Of a stretch of 41,048 bases of DNA, positions 19,011 through 29,986 are shown piece by piece. The notes under the pieces were generated by a model. It was not told the DNA's origin, searched no databases, and saw nothing but the letters and a program-made list of their open reading frames with translations. The first letter of the stretch is position 1. Each line of letters opens with the position of its first letter. The translations under genes and the position numbers were made by a program. Source of the DNA: Alphaproteobacteria bacterium (GTDB taxonomy: Bacteria > Pseudomonadota > Alphaproteobacteria > GCA-2731375). The stretch lies in NCBI GenBank assembly GCA_046582595.1, contig JAYGEB010000256.1:1-41048 (forward strand), written 5' to 3'.

Positions 19011-20450
19011 CTAGGCTGCCGTGCCACCAACCGTCAGGCCATCGATCAGCAGCGTTGGCTGGCCCACGCCCACGGGGACGCCTTGACCGGCCTTGCCGCA
19101 GGTGCCGACACCGGTATCGAGCGCCAGATCGTTGCCGATGCCGGCGACCTTGGTCAGAACATCGGGGCCGTTGCCGATTAGCGTCGCGCCCTTGAGGGGG
19201 GCGCCGATCTTGCCGTTTTGCAGCCGGTAGGCCTCGGTACAACTGAAGACGAACTTGCCGGAGGTGATATCCACCTGCCCGCCGCCAAAGTTCACCGCGT
19301 AAATGCCATTGGTTACGCCGGCAATAATTTCATCGGGGTCCCTCTCGCCCGCGCGCATGAAGGTATTGGTCATCCGCGGCATGGGCATATGGGCAAACGA
19401 CTGCCGGCGGCCATTGCCGGTCACCGCGACACCCATCAGCCGGGCGTTCAGGCGGTCTTGCATATAGCCTTTCAGAATACCGTCCTCGATCAACACGGTA
19501 CATTCGGTCGGCGTGCCTTCATCATCCACCGACAGCGACCCCCGCCGGCCCTGGATGGTGCCGTCATCAACGATGGTGACGCCGGGGCTGGCCACCCGCT
19601 CGCCCAGCAAATTGGCGAAGGCCGATGTTTGTTTGCGGTTGAAATCCCCTTCCAGGCCATGGCCGATGGCTTCGTGCAGTAGAATGCCGGGCCAGCCGGG
19701 GCCAAGGACCACCTGCATTTCACCCGCGGGCGCGGGCACCGATGACAGGTTTACCTCGGCCTGGCGCAAGGCTTCATCGACCTGGGCTTGCCAGTTCGCC
19801 TCTTCGAGATAGCGGGCAAAGCCGATGCGGTCGCCGGCGCCATGGCTGCCGGTTTCCTGGCGGTCGCCCTGGCCCAGCACCACCGATACATTAAGGCGCA
19901 CGAGGGGCCGGACATCCCGGATGCGCTGGCCGTCGGCGCGCATGATCTCCACCGCCTGCCATTCCCCATGCAAGGAAATGCTGACCTGGCGCACACGGGT
20001 ATCGCGGGACCGGGCATAACGGTCCATTTCGCCTAAAAATTTCACCTTTTCGGCAAAGGCCACTTCGCCCAAGGGATTGTCGTCGGGATACAGGTTTTGA
20101 TTGGTGGCGAGCGGCGCCAGGCTCATGACGCCATCGCGGCCGGCGCGCACGGCGCGAACGGCAGAACCGGCACGGGCAATGGCCGCCTCGTTCAATTCCG
20201 AAGCGTGGGCATAGCCGGTTTGTTCGCCGGCCACGGCACGCAGGCCGAAGCCCTGATTGGTATCGAAATTGGCCGATTTGATGCGGCCGTCATCCATCAC
20301 CAGGCTTTCGCTCTGGCAATATTCCATGAACAGTTCGCCATCGTCGCAGCCCCGCAGGGCATCGCCAACCAGGTTCTGAATCCGGCCCTCGTCCAGGCCC
20401 GCCCGTTCAAACAACAGAGCCGGATCGCCGGTAACATTCCATTCATTCAT
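19011..20450 (-). CDS. tldD: metalloprotease TldD
   Basis: 479 aa. HEAIGHGLEGDFNRK (HExxxH) and C-terminal GTCGKAGQGVPVGVGQPT are characteristic of TldD. Confidence 0.93.
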   Translation of the reverse strand: MNEWNVTGDPALLFERAGLDEGRIQNLVGDALRGCDDGELFMEYCQSESLVMDDGRIKSANFDTNQGFGLRAVAGEQTGYAHASELNEAAIARAGSAVRAVRAGRDGVMSLAPLATNQNLYPDDNPLGEVAFAEKVKFLGEMDRYARSRDTRVRQVSISLHGEWQAVEIMRADGQRIRDVRPLVRLNVSVVLGQGDRQETGSHGAGDRIGFARYLEEANWQAQVDEALRQAEVNLSSVPAPAGEMQVVLGPGWPGILLHEAIGHGLEGDFNRKQTSAFANLLGERVASPGVTIVDDGTIQGRRGSLSVDDEGTPTECTVLIEDGILKGYMQDRLNARLMGVAVTGNGRRQSFAHMPMPRMTNTFMRAGERDPDEIIAGVTNGIYAVNFGGGQVDITSGKFVFSCTEAYRLQNGKIGAPLKGATLIGNGPDVLTKVAGIGNDLALDTGVGTCGKAGQGVPVGVGQPTLLIDGLTVGGTAA

Positions 20451-20813
20451 GACCGCGTTCGCTCCCTTGGCCGCCAGCTTAGCATGAGTTGTCGATAATG
20501 GTGAATGCGCGCCTGCAAAACAATGATTTTGCGCTCATATTGATGGCATCGAATTTGTGCGGCAATTGGCCGCACGATGCCGTGCGGGCGCCGGCGGGTT
20601 GCCATGATTGCACCAACCATGGCCACATAAGCGCGATTTTGCTACCTTCAGGCGGCTGATTCAGGGTGAATTACCGGCCCGGCGCCGCCCGGACCGGCAC
20701 AAAGGTCCAGCAACAGGCTTGTTCCACCCTAATCCGTTGGGTTACATAGGACAAATTGAGCGAGTGGGGTGACGTAGCGGCGTGAAAACCTTGGTTGGAA
20801 TAGAGGCTTCGAT

Positions 20814-21665
20814 ATGACGGCATGGCGGATTTTTTTGGCGCCCGCGGCATTTTTGGGCACCCTGGCGGTCAGCTTGGCGGCGCGGGCGGACCATGGCATG
20901 GCGCATCCCTGGCAACTGGGCCTGCAGCCCCCCGTCACGCCGGTCGCCGAGCAAATACGGGATTTCCATAATCTGCTCCTGGTCATCATCACCGTCATCG
21001 CGGTCTTCGTGACCTATTTGATGCTGTATGTGGTCGTCAAATTCAGCGCCAAGAACCATCCGACGCCGCGCACGACAACGCACAATACCCTGTTGGAAGT
21101 GGCCTGGACGGTGGTGCCGATCGTGATTTTGGTGATCATCGCCATTCCATCTTTCAAGCTGCTGTATTTCGCGGACAGCATCAAGGATGCCGAGATGACC
21201 ATCAAGGCGGTCGGTCACCAATGGTATTGGTCCTATGAGTATCCCGATAACGGCGATTTCACCTTCGACGCCGCCATGGTCGAGAAAAAGGATTTGCGGC
21301 CGGGACAACCCCGCCTGTTGACCACGGATGAGGCCGTGGTGCTGCCGGTGAATACCAATATCCGCCTGCTGGTCGCCGCCGACGATGTCTTGCATGCCTG
21401 GGCGATGCCCGCCTTCGGCATTAAATTGGATGCCGTGCCGGGCCGCCTCAACGAAACCTGGATCCGGGTCACGAAAGAGGGCACATACTGCGGCCAATGT
21501 TCGGAATTGTGCGGCACGGGCCATGGCTTCATGCCCATCATGGTCAAGGTTGTCTCGAAGGCGGCCTTCGTCGCCTGGGCTGAAAAAGCCAAGAAGGAAT
21601 TTGCCTCCCGGAGGGAAGGGACCGGCGTGAAGCTGGCGGCTGCCAGCGGCAAGCGGCCTCGATAG
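20814..21665 (+). CDS. coxB: cytochrome c oxidase subunit II
   Basis: Signal peptide plus two TM helices. GHQWYWSYEY and CuA site HAWAMPAFGIKLDAVPGRLN...GQCSELCGTGHGFMP. Confidence 0.95.
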   Translation: MTAWRIFLAPAAFLGTLAVSLAARADHGMAHPWQLGLQPPVTPVAEQIRDFHNLLLVIITVIAVFVTYLMLYVVVKFSAKNHPTPRTTTHNTLLEVAWTVVPIVILVIIAIPSFKLLYFADSIKDAEMTIKAVGHQWYWSYEYPDNGDFTFDAAMVEKKDLRPGQPRLLTTDEAVVLPVNTNIRLLVAADDVLHAWAMPAFGIKLDAVPGRLNETWIRVTKEGTYCGQCSELCGTGHGFMPIMVKVVSKAAFVAWAEKAKKEFASRREGTGVKLAAASGKRPR

Positions 21666-21720
21666 CAAGCTGACCGGCTACCGGACAACAGGCGGATTAC
21701 AGCGATGGAAAGACGGATAG

Positions 21721-23325
<1,605 letters not shown>

Positions 23326-23354
23326 ATGCCGGCATGACTAGTAAAAGGAATTGA

Positions 23355-24281
23355 TTGGTGAATATCGTCAATCCAATCGTGGACCGAAGCACCCGGCGCC
23401 GGGTCGGTGGCGACCGTTTGAAAGATTATCTGGCGCTGTTGAAGCCGCGGGTGATGAGCCTGGTCGTCTTCACGGCCCTGGTCGGCCTGATGCTGGCCCC
23501 CGGCAGCTTGCATCCCATGGTCGCCGTGGCGGCGTTGATCTGCATCGCGGTGGGCGCGGGGGCCTCGGGCGCCATTAACATGTGGTACGACGCCGATATC
23601 GACGGCCAGATGCCGCGCACCTGTGAGCGGCCCATTCCCCGCGGCAACGTCACGCCGCGGGCAGCGCTGATTTTCGGCTCGGTGTTGTCGTTTGCCTCCG
23701 TCATCGCCATGGCGGCCTTGGTCAATCTGCTGTCCGCCGGATTGTTGATGCTGACCATCGCCTTTTATGTCTTCGTCTATACCATGTGGCTGAAACGGCG
23801 GACGCCGCAGAATATCGTTATCGGCGGCGCGGCGGGCGCCTTCCCGCCGATGATCGGCTGGGCCGCGGCCAGCGGTGATATTTCATTGGCCTCCATCGCC
23901 CTGTTCGCCATCATATTCTTTTGGACGCCGCCGCATTTCTGGGCCCTGGCGTTGTACAAGGCCGATGAATACCGCGACGTGGGGGTGCCCATGTTGCCCG
24001 TGGTCGCGGGCAAGCCGGCAACCCGGCGGCAAATCCTGATCTATACCCTAATCCTGATCCCGCTTACCTTGAGCCCGGTGGCCCTGGGCGCCTGCGGCAT
24101 GGCCTATGGCGTGGGCGCGGTCCTGCTGGGTGGGGTCTTTCTGGCCTTCGCGATCCAGGTCTGGCGCGGTGGCGATGACGACGACCGGCCGGCCCGGCGT
24201 CTGTTCGGCTATTCGATCTTTTATCTGTTCGCCTTGTTCACCTTGATGCTGGGCGAACGTTTGGCCGTGGGCTGGGTTTGA
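23355..24281 (+). CDS. ctaB: heme o synthase (protoheme IX farnesyltransferase)
   Basis: DYLALLKPRVMSLVVFTALVG, NMWYDADIDGQMPRTCERPIP and FFWTPPHFWALAL UbiA-family motifs. Start is TTG 23355 or GTG 23358 (AAAGGAA Shine-Dalgarno 7 nt upstream). Confidence 0.93.
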   Translation: MVNIVNPIVDRSTRRRVGGDRLKDYLALLKPRVMSLVVFTALVGLMLAPGSLHPMVAVAALICIAVGAGASGAINMWYDADIDGQMPRTCERPIPRGNVTPRAALIFGSVLSFASVIAMAALVNLLSAGLLMLTIAFYVFVYTMWLKRRTPQNIVIGGAAGAFPPMIGWAAASGDISLASIALFAIIFFWTPPHFWALALYKADEYRDVGVPMLPVVAGKPATRRQILIYTLILIPLTLSPVALGACGMAYGVGAVLLGGVFLAFAIQVWRGGDDDDRPARRLFGYSIFYLFALFTLMLGERLAVGWV

Positions 24282-24415
24282 TGCCCATCGGGAAGATGCA
24301 TCAACAGCGCAAGGGCCGCAATCTGACGCTCGCGGGTATCCTGGTGCTGTTGATGATGGCGCTGTTTGTCCTCACCATGTTCAACATGCAAGGCCAGACG
24401 TGGAGCCCCAATTGA
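24281..24415 (+). CDS. small single-pass membrane protein between ctaB and ctaG (44 aa)
   Basis: Not in the ORF track (<60 aa). ATG overlaps the ctaB TGA (TGATG). Sequence [44 protein letters not shown] has a basic N-terminus plus one TM helix. Its end overlaps the ctaG start. Confidence 0.45.
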   Translation: MPIGKMHQQRKGRNLTLAGILVLLMMALFVLTMFNMQGQTWSPN

Positions 24416-25041
24416 GCCCGCCCGCCCCGCCCACCCGGCATGGCGCGCGCAACCGCTTGACCGCGCTGGCCGCCGCCGGCGTGGTTGTCGGCATGGTCGG
24501 CATGGCCTATGCGGCGGTGCCGCTGTATCGGATATTCTGCCAGGTTACCGGTTTTGGCGGCACCACTCAGGTCGCGGCATCGGCGCCTTCGGAAATTGGC
24601 GAGCGCGTCATCACCGTGCGTTTCAATGCCGATACCGCGCGTGACATGCCCTGGCGCTTCCGTCCCCAACAGCGCGCCATGACCCTGCGGGTCGGCGAAC
24701 GGGCCCTGGCCTTCTATGAGGCCTTCAACCCCAGCGACCAACGGATTGCCGGATCGGCCACATTCAATGTGACACCGGCCAAGGCGGGCGTCTATTTCAA
24801 CAAGATCGAGTGTTTTTGCTTCACGGAACAGGTCTTGGCGCCCGGACAACGGGCCGACATGCCGGTCTCCTTTTTTGTCGACCCCGCCATCGCGGATGAT
24901 CCGGATTTGGATGACGTGAAGACCATTACCCTGTCCTACACCTTCTTTCGGGTGGCGGATGGTTCCGGGGATACCGATGCGGAGCAGAAAATTGCCGTCA
25001 ACGGCGTGGCGGAACAAATTGCCGGGGACGGAGTGAGATAA
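24400..25041 (+). CDS. ctaG: cytochrome c oxidase assembly protein CtaG/Cox11
   Basis: [21 protein letters not shown] and [14 protein letters not shown] (Cu-binding CFCF) motifs. GTG 24400 or TTG 24412. Confidence 0.92.
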   Translation: MEPQLSPPAPPTRHGARNRLTALAAAGVVVGMVGMAYAAVPLYRIFCQVTGFGGTTQVAASAPSEIGERVITVRFNADTARDMPWRFRPQQRAMTLRVGERALAFYEAFNPSDQRIAGSATFNVTPAKAGVYFNKIECFCFTEQVLAPGQRADMPVSFFVDPAIADDPDLDDVKTITLSYTFFRVADGSGDTDAEQKIAVNGVAEQIAGDGVR

Positions 25042-25841
25042 TGGCTGATACGCACGCCAAGGGGCATGACTATCATCTGGTGGAACCCAGCCCATGGCCC
25101 GCGCTTGGGGCGATAGGCGCGTTTACCTTGGCATCGGGTTTTATCTGGTCCCTGCATGGCGGACCGCCCTGGATCGCCGTGATCGGCTTTTTGCTTGTCC
25201 TTTACACCATGTTCGTCTGGTGGCGGGACGTGATCCGCGAGGCCAAGGACGAAGGCCATCACACGCCGATCGTGCAACTGCACCTGCGCTTTGGCATGAT
25301 CATGTTCATTGCCTCCGAAGTGATGTTCTTCGTGGCCTGGTTCTGGGCCTATTTCAACGCCGCCTTCTACCCGTCCGCGGCAATCGGTGGGACGTGGCCG
25401 CCCGAGGGCATCCAGACCTTTGATCCCTGGCATCTGCCCTTGATCAACACCTTGATCCTGTTGACCTCGTCCACCACGATCACCTGGGCCCATCACGCCG
25501 TCCGCGAAGGCAACCAGAAGGGCGCGGTACAGGGATTATTGGTCACGGTTCTGCTGGGCGCCGTCTTCACCTGCGTCCAGGCCTTTGAATACGCCCAGGC
25601 GGCGTTTGACTTCACCGGCGGCATCTATGGTTCCACCTTCTTCATGGCGACGGGCTTTCACGGCCTGCATGTGCTGATCGGCACCATCTTCCTGGCGGTC
25701 TGCCTGGTCCGCGCGGCCAAGGGCCATTTCAAACCGGAGCATCATTTTGGCCTTGAGGCCGCCGCCTGGTATTGGCATTTCGTCGATGTGGTGTGGCTGT
25801 TCCTGTTCTCCTTCATCTATGTCTGGGGGGCGGGGACATAG
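25041..25841 (+). CDS. ctaE: cytochrome c oxidase subunit III
   Basis: [62 protein letters not shown] overlap with ctaG. Confidence 0.95.
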   Translation: MADTHAKGHDYHLVEPSPWPALGAIGAFTLASGFIWSLHGGPPWIAVIGFLLVLYTMFVWWRDVIREAKDEGHHTPIVQLHLRFGMIMFIASEVMFFVAWFWAYFNAAFYPSAAIGGTWPPEGIQTFDPWHLPLINTLILLTSSTTITWAHHAVREGNQKGAVQGLLVTVLLGAVFTCVQAFEYAQAAFDFTGGIYGSTFFMATGFHGLHVLIGTIFLAVCLVRAAKGHFKPEHHFGLEAAAWYWHFVDVVWLFLFSFIYVWGAGT

Positions 25842-25879
25842 GCCGCGCCCCAACGCTGCCACCAACGGCGCGCCGATGA

Positions 25880-26272
25880 CCGGGAACATGGGGCGGCACG
25901 TCGGTATCGCCCTTTGTCATCGGCCTGCTATGCCGCTGTCCCCGTTGCGGCAAGGGCAAATTATTCCAAGGTTTGCTGGACGTGGCCGAGGTTTGCCGCC
26001 AATGCGGCCTGGATATGTCAGCCCATGACGCGGGCGACGGACCGGCGGTCTTCGTCATCATGATCGTCGGCGGCCTGGCGGTGACCTTGGCCTTTATCGT
26101 CGAGACGTCTTTCGCGCCGCCGATCTGGATACATCTAATCTATCAAATCCCCTTTATTCTGGGCGCCTCCATCCTCTGCCTGCGGCCCTTGAAGGCAACC
26201 CTGATCGCCCTGCAGTACCGCCATGCCGTCGCCGGCTTCGCTGGCGGCGGTACTGACGGGCGACCGCGCTGA
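25880..26272 (+). CDS. DUF983 domain protein (zinc-ribbon plus two TM helices); start unresolved or possibly frameshifted
   Basis: CRCPRCGKGKLFQGLLDVAEVCRQCGLD...GDGPAVFVIMIVG...LRPLKATLIALQY is the DUF983 pattern. The track start TTG 25973 removes the first CxxC. The in-frame region back to 25880 has no ATG/GTG/TTG. Confidence 0.7.
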   Translation, partial: PGTWGGTSVSPFVIGLLCRCPRCGKGKLFQGLLDVAEVCRQCGLDMSAHDAGDGPAVFVIMIVGGLAVTLAFIVETSFAPPIWIHLIYQIPFILGASILCLRPLKATLIALQYRHAVAGFAGGGTDGRPR

Positions 26273-26275
26273 GCC

Positions 26276-26971
26276 ATGCGCCGCCCCAGTCCGTCGGCCA
26301 TATTCGTGACCCTGACCGCCTTGCTGGTCACCCTGTCACTTGGCGTTTGGCAATTGCAGCGTCTGGCCTGGAAGCAGGACTTGATGGCCCGGATGCAGGC
26401 CGGTTTGGCCGCCACGCCCCTGCCCCTGGCGGCGCATTTGGATATTCTGGCGGATCTGAACCACCGCGCCGTCATCGTCCAGGGTCGGTTTCTGCATGAT
26501 CTGGAAGCCCATATAGGGCCCCGGAGTTACCGTGGCCAGGTCGGGCTGCATGTCCTCACCCCATTGCGAATGAAAAGTGGCGCCACGGTGTTGATCAATC
26601 GCGGCTGGATTCCCAACCAACGCCGCAACCCCGCCAGCCGCGCCTTGGGCCAAACGGCTGGTCCGGTGACCATCCGCGGCACCTTGCGGAGCTATTTCGA
26701 ACGGGGCGGGTGGACACCGGACCATGACAAAAAATTTGATTTGTGGTTTTGGTACGACATTCCCGGCATCGCCGCCGCACGAAATCTGGAATTGCCGGCA
26801 GCCGTTGTTTTGGCGGATGGCCAAGCCAATGCGGGCGGCTTGCCCGTTGGCGGCGTGGCCCGCCCCGTGTTGCGCAATAATCACGTCCAATATGCCATCA
26901 CCTGGTTTTTTCTGGCGGCCGTCGTGGCGGTCATCTTCCTATTGGCGCACCGGCGAAGGGAAGCGGCGTGA
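26276..26971 (+). CDS. SURF1 family cytochrome oxidase biogenesis protein
   Basis: LGVWQLQRLAWKQDL, VLINRGWIP, HVQYAITWFFLA and the terminal TM helix are typical of SURF1/Shy1. Confidence 0.9.
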   Translation: MRRPSPSAIFVTLTALLVTLSLGVWQLQRLAWKQDLMARMQAGLAATPLPLAAHLDILADLNHRAVIVQGRFLHDLEAHIGPRSYRGQVGLHVLTPLRMKSGATVLINRGWIPNQRRNPASRALGQTAGPVTIRGTLRSYFERGGWTPDHDKKFDLWFWYDIPGIAAARNLELPAAVVLADGQANAGGLPVGGVARPVLRNNHVQYAITWFFLAAVVAVIFLLAHRRREAA

Positions 26972-28458
26972 CAACAGCCTATGAACAATTGTGCGCAAGA
27001 TTCGCCCGTCTGGCCAAGTTGAATGGCGCGGCGGCGATGTTGCATTGGGATGCCGCCGCCATGATGCCAAGGGGCGGCGCGGCGGCCAGGGCGGAGCAGT
27101 TGGCCACGCTTTCCCTGATCGCGCACGAGATGCTGTGCGAAGCGGCGGTTAAGGATTTGCTGGATGAGGCCGAGACGGCCGTGGAGGGTCTGGGCGCCTG
27201 GCAGCGGGCCAATCTGCGCGAAATGCGGGCCAAATGGTCCCATGCCACGGCCTTGCCCGGTGCTCTGGTCGCCGCCATGAGCCGGGCCGGTTCGGCTTGC
27301 GAGATGGTTTGGCGCACGGCGCGGGAGGCGGATGATTTCGCCGCCCTCCGCCCCTGTCTCGGCGAGGTCGTGACCCTGGTGCGCCAGGCGGCGGCAGCCA
27401 AGGCGGAGGCCTTTGCCTGCCCGCCCTATGATGCGTTGTTGTCACAATACGAACCGGGCTTGCGGGCGGCGGATATCGACCGCCATTTCGACGCCCTGGC
27501 CGACTTTCTGCCCGATCTGCTGGAGCGGGTGCTGGCGCGGCAGGTCCCGCCGCCGGCGGCGCCGGAACGGGTCTCGGCCGCGGTGCAGGAACAATTGTCC
27601 AGACATCTGTTGGCAGCCTTGGGCTTCGATTTCGAACATGGCCGCCTGGATATCTACCACCATCCCTTCACGGGCGGCGTGGCGGACGATGTGCGCCTGA
27701 CCACGCGCTATGACGAGGCCGACCCCCTAGGCAGTCTGTATCCGGCCCTGCACGAGGGCGGCCACGGCATGTACGAACGCGGCCTGCCGCTCGAATGGCG
27801 GTATCAGCCCGTGGGCCAGGCCATGGGCATGGGGGTGCATGAGAGCCAATCCCTGTTGATCGAGATGCAGGTCTGCCGGGGCGATGCCTTCCTCGGCTAT
27901 TTGGCGCCGTTGCTGACCGAGATAGGCGGCCTTTCGGGATCGGCCTGGGAGGGGCCGGGTCTGGCCCGGCGGGTGCGCCACGTGGCCCGCTCCCTGATCC
28001 GGGTGGAGGCCGATGAAGTCACCTATCCCCTGCATATCATCCACCGATACCGCCTGGAAAAGGCCTTGCTGTCCGGCGATCTGGCGGTCGCCGACCTGCC
28101 CGGCGCCTGGCGCGATGGCATGAAGCATTTGCTCGGCGTCGAGGCGCCCAATGACCGCGACGGCTGCATGCAGGATATCCATTGGATGGATGGCGCCTTC
28201 GGCTACTTCCCCACCTATACCCTGGGCGCCATGGCGGCGGCGCAAATGTACCAAGCCGCCGCCACCGCCCTGCCGGAATTGTCCGATTATCTGGCCCGGG
28301 GCAATTTCGCCCCGCTGATGAACTGGCTGGCCGATCATATCCATGGCCTTGGCCGGCTGCATGCGGGCGCCGACGATCTATTGCGGGCCGTGACGGGAGC
28401 CCCCTTGGACGGCGCGGTATTTCGCAAGCACCTTGAAAACCGCTACCTGGCTGGATAG
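26968..28458 (+). CDS. carboxypeptidase M32 (Taq-type metallocarboxypeptidase)
   Basis: HEGGHGMYE (HExxH), HESQS, DIHW and YFPTYTLG blocks; 496 aa. GTGA overlap with the SURF1 stop. Confidence 0.9.
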   Translation: MTTAYEQLCARFARLAKLNGAAAMLHWDAAAMMPRGGAAARAEQLATLSLIAHEMLCEAAVKDLLDEAETAVEGLGAWQRANLREMRAKWSHATALPGALVAAMSRAGSACEMVWRTAREADDFAALRPCLGEVVTLVRQAAAAKAEAFACPPYDALLSQYEPGLRAADIDRHFDALADFLPDLLERVLARQVPPPAAPERVSAAVQEQLSRHLLAALGFDFEHGRLDIYHHPFTGGVADDVRLTTRYDEADPLGSLYPALHEGGHGMYERGLPLEWRYQPVGQAMGMGVHESQSLLIEMQVCRGDAFLGYLAPLLTEIGGLSGSAWEGPGLARRVRHVARSLIRVEADEVTYPLHIIHRYRLEKALLSGDLAVADLPGAWRDGMKHLLGVEAPNDRDGCMQDIHWMDGAFGYFPTYTLGAMAAAQMYQAAATALPELSDYLARGNFAPLMNWLADHIHGLGRLHAGADDLLRAVTGAPLDGAVFRKHLENRYLAG

Positions 28459-28491
28459 TTTGGCGCCTCGGATTTTGTGGAGTTTCATGCC

Positions 28492-29877
28492 GTGCGCTAC
28501 ATCTCAACCCGTGGCCAAGCCCCCGACCTGAATTTCGGGGATGTCTTGCTGATCGGCCTGGCCCGGGACGGCGGCCTTTATGTGCCATCCGCCTGGCCTC
28601 GATTAAGCCCCGATGATCTGCGCGGCCTGGCCGGGTTGTCTTATCCGGAAGCCGCCGCGCGGATATTGCTGCCGTTCATGGACGGCATCGCGGCGGATGA
28701 GTTGTTGGCGATGACCCAGGCCGCTTATACGGCCTTTTCCAACCAGGAGGTCGTGCCCCTGCGGCAATTGTCGGACGGCCATTGGCTGATGGAGTTGTTC
28801 CACGGCCCCACCCTGGCCTTCAAGGATGTGGCCATGCAGTTGCTGGGACGCCTGTTTGACCGGGAATTGGACCGCCGGCGGGCCCGGGTGACCATCGTTG
28901 GCGCCACTTCGGGCGATACCGGTTCCGCCGCGATCGAGGCCTGCAGGGACCGGGACGCGATCGATATTTTCATGCTCCATCCGCTCGGCCGGGTAACGGA
29001 GGTGCAGCGCCGGCAGATGACCACGGTTCTGTCGGACAATGTGCATAACATCGCCATTGAAGGCACCTTCGATGATTGCCAGGCGCTGGTGAAGGGCGCC
29101 TTTAACGACCTGGCGTTCCGCGATGAAATATCAATGTCGGCGGTCAATTCCATCAATTGGGCCCGGGTGGTGGCGCAAGTGGTCTACTTCATCACCTCCG
29201 CCGTGGCCCTGGGCGCGCCGGACCGCAAGGTCAGCTTCGCCGTGCCCACGGGGAATTTTGGTTGCGTCTTCGCCGGCTATGCGGCGGCGCGAATGGGACT
29301 GCCCATCGACAAATTGATCGTCGCCACCAACCGCAACGATATCCTGCACCGTTTTTTTCAAACCGGCATCTACCGCAAGGACCAGGTGGTGGCGACGCAA
29401 AGCCCGTCCATGGACATTCAGGTGGCCAGCAACTTTGAACGTTTGTTGTTTGAACTGGCGGGCCGGGACGGCGCCACCGTGCGGCGGCAGATGGAAGACT
29501 TGTCGGAACGGGGCGGCTTTGAAGTGGGGGCGGAGGTGCTGCGGCGGGCCCATGAAATATTCCGCTCGCACCGGGTCGACGAGGCGGCCACGACGGCGAC
29601 CATTCGCGATCTCCATCGCGACAGCGGCATTGTCATCGACCCCCACACGGCGGTGGCCTTGCGGGCCGCGCGGGACCAATTGCCCGATGGCCCGGTCATT
29701 ACCCTGGCCACGGCCCATCCGGCCAAATTTCCCGATGCGGTGGAAGCGGCCTGCGGCGTCCGCCCGCCGCTGCCGGGTTTTCTCGCCGACCTATATGAAC
29801 GTGACGAACGCTGTGCGACAATGCCCAATGATCTGGCGGCCCTGCAGGATCACATTCGCCGCCTGCGCCGCGCCTAG
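28492..29877 (+). CDS. thrC: threonine synthase
   Basis: RYISTRGQ N-terminus, PLP lysine block HGPTLAFKDVAMQ, GATSGDTGSA. GTG 28492 has GGAG 9 nt upstream and is preferred over GTG 28477. Confidence 0.93.
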   Translation: MRYISTRGQAPDLNFGDVLLIGLARDGGLYVPSAWPRLSPDDLRGLAGLSYPEAAARILLPFMDGIAADELLAMTQAAYTAFSNQEVVPLRQLSDGHWLMELFHGPTLAFKDVAMQLLGRLFDRELDRRRARVTIVGATSGDTGSAAIEACRDRDAIDIFMLHPLGRVTEVQRRQMTTVLSDNVHNIAIEGTFDDCQALVKGAFNDLAFRDEISMSAVNSINWARVVAQVVYFITSAVALGAPDRKVSFAVPTGNFGCVFAGYAAARMGLPIDKLIVATNRNDILHRFFQTGIYRKDQVVATQSPSMDIQVASNFERLLFELAGRDGATVRRQMEDLSERGGFEVGAEVLRRAHEIFRSHRVDEAATTATIRDLHRDSGIVIDPHTAVALRAARDQLPDGPVITLATAHPAKFPDAVEAACGVRPPLPGFLADLYERDERCATMPNDLAALQDHIRRLRRA

Positions 29878-29980
29878 AGCAGTTCCGATCTATTGTGAAT
29901 CACGAAGTGATTCTAAGCGATTGGAAAAACTGCTCTATTCTTAAGAATCGGAGCATTTCCAATTCGGAAATGCTCTAGGA
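29875..29980. repeat. structured palindromic intergenic repeat, copy B (two hairpin modules)
   Basis: AGAGCAGTT (29876) / AACTGCTCT (to 29936). Inner hairpin GAATCAC-GAA-GTGATTC (29897-29913), palindrome ATTCTTAAGAAT (29937-29948), second hairpin GAGCATTTCC-AATTC-GGAAATGCTC (29951-29975). Module 1 has the same length (62 nt including TAG) and the same inner-hairpin offset (22 nt) as copy A. Confidence 0.8.
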
Positions 29981-29986
29981 CCAGGA

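Noticed and set aside
20540-20553. FNR/FixK-like box TTGATGGCATCGAA in the tldD/coxB divergent region
   Set aside because: Only the first half-site matches TTGAT-N4-ATCAA, since the second is TCGAA. A single weak match cannot be evaluated without a genome-wide motif model.
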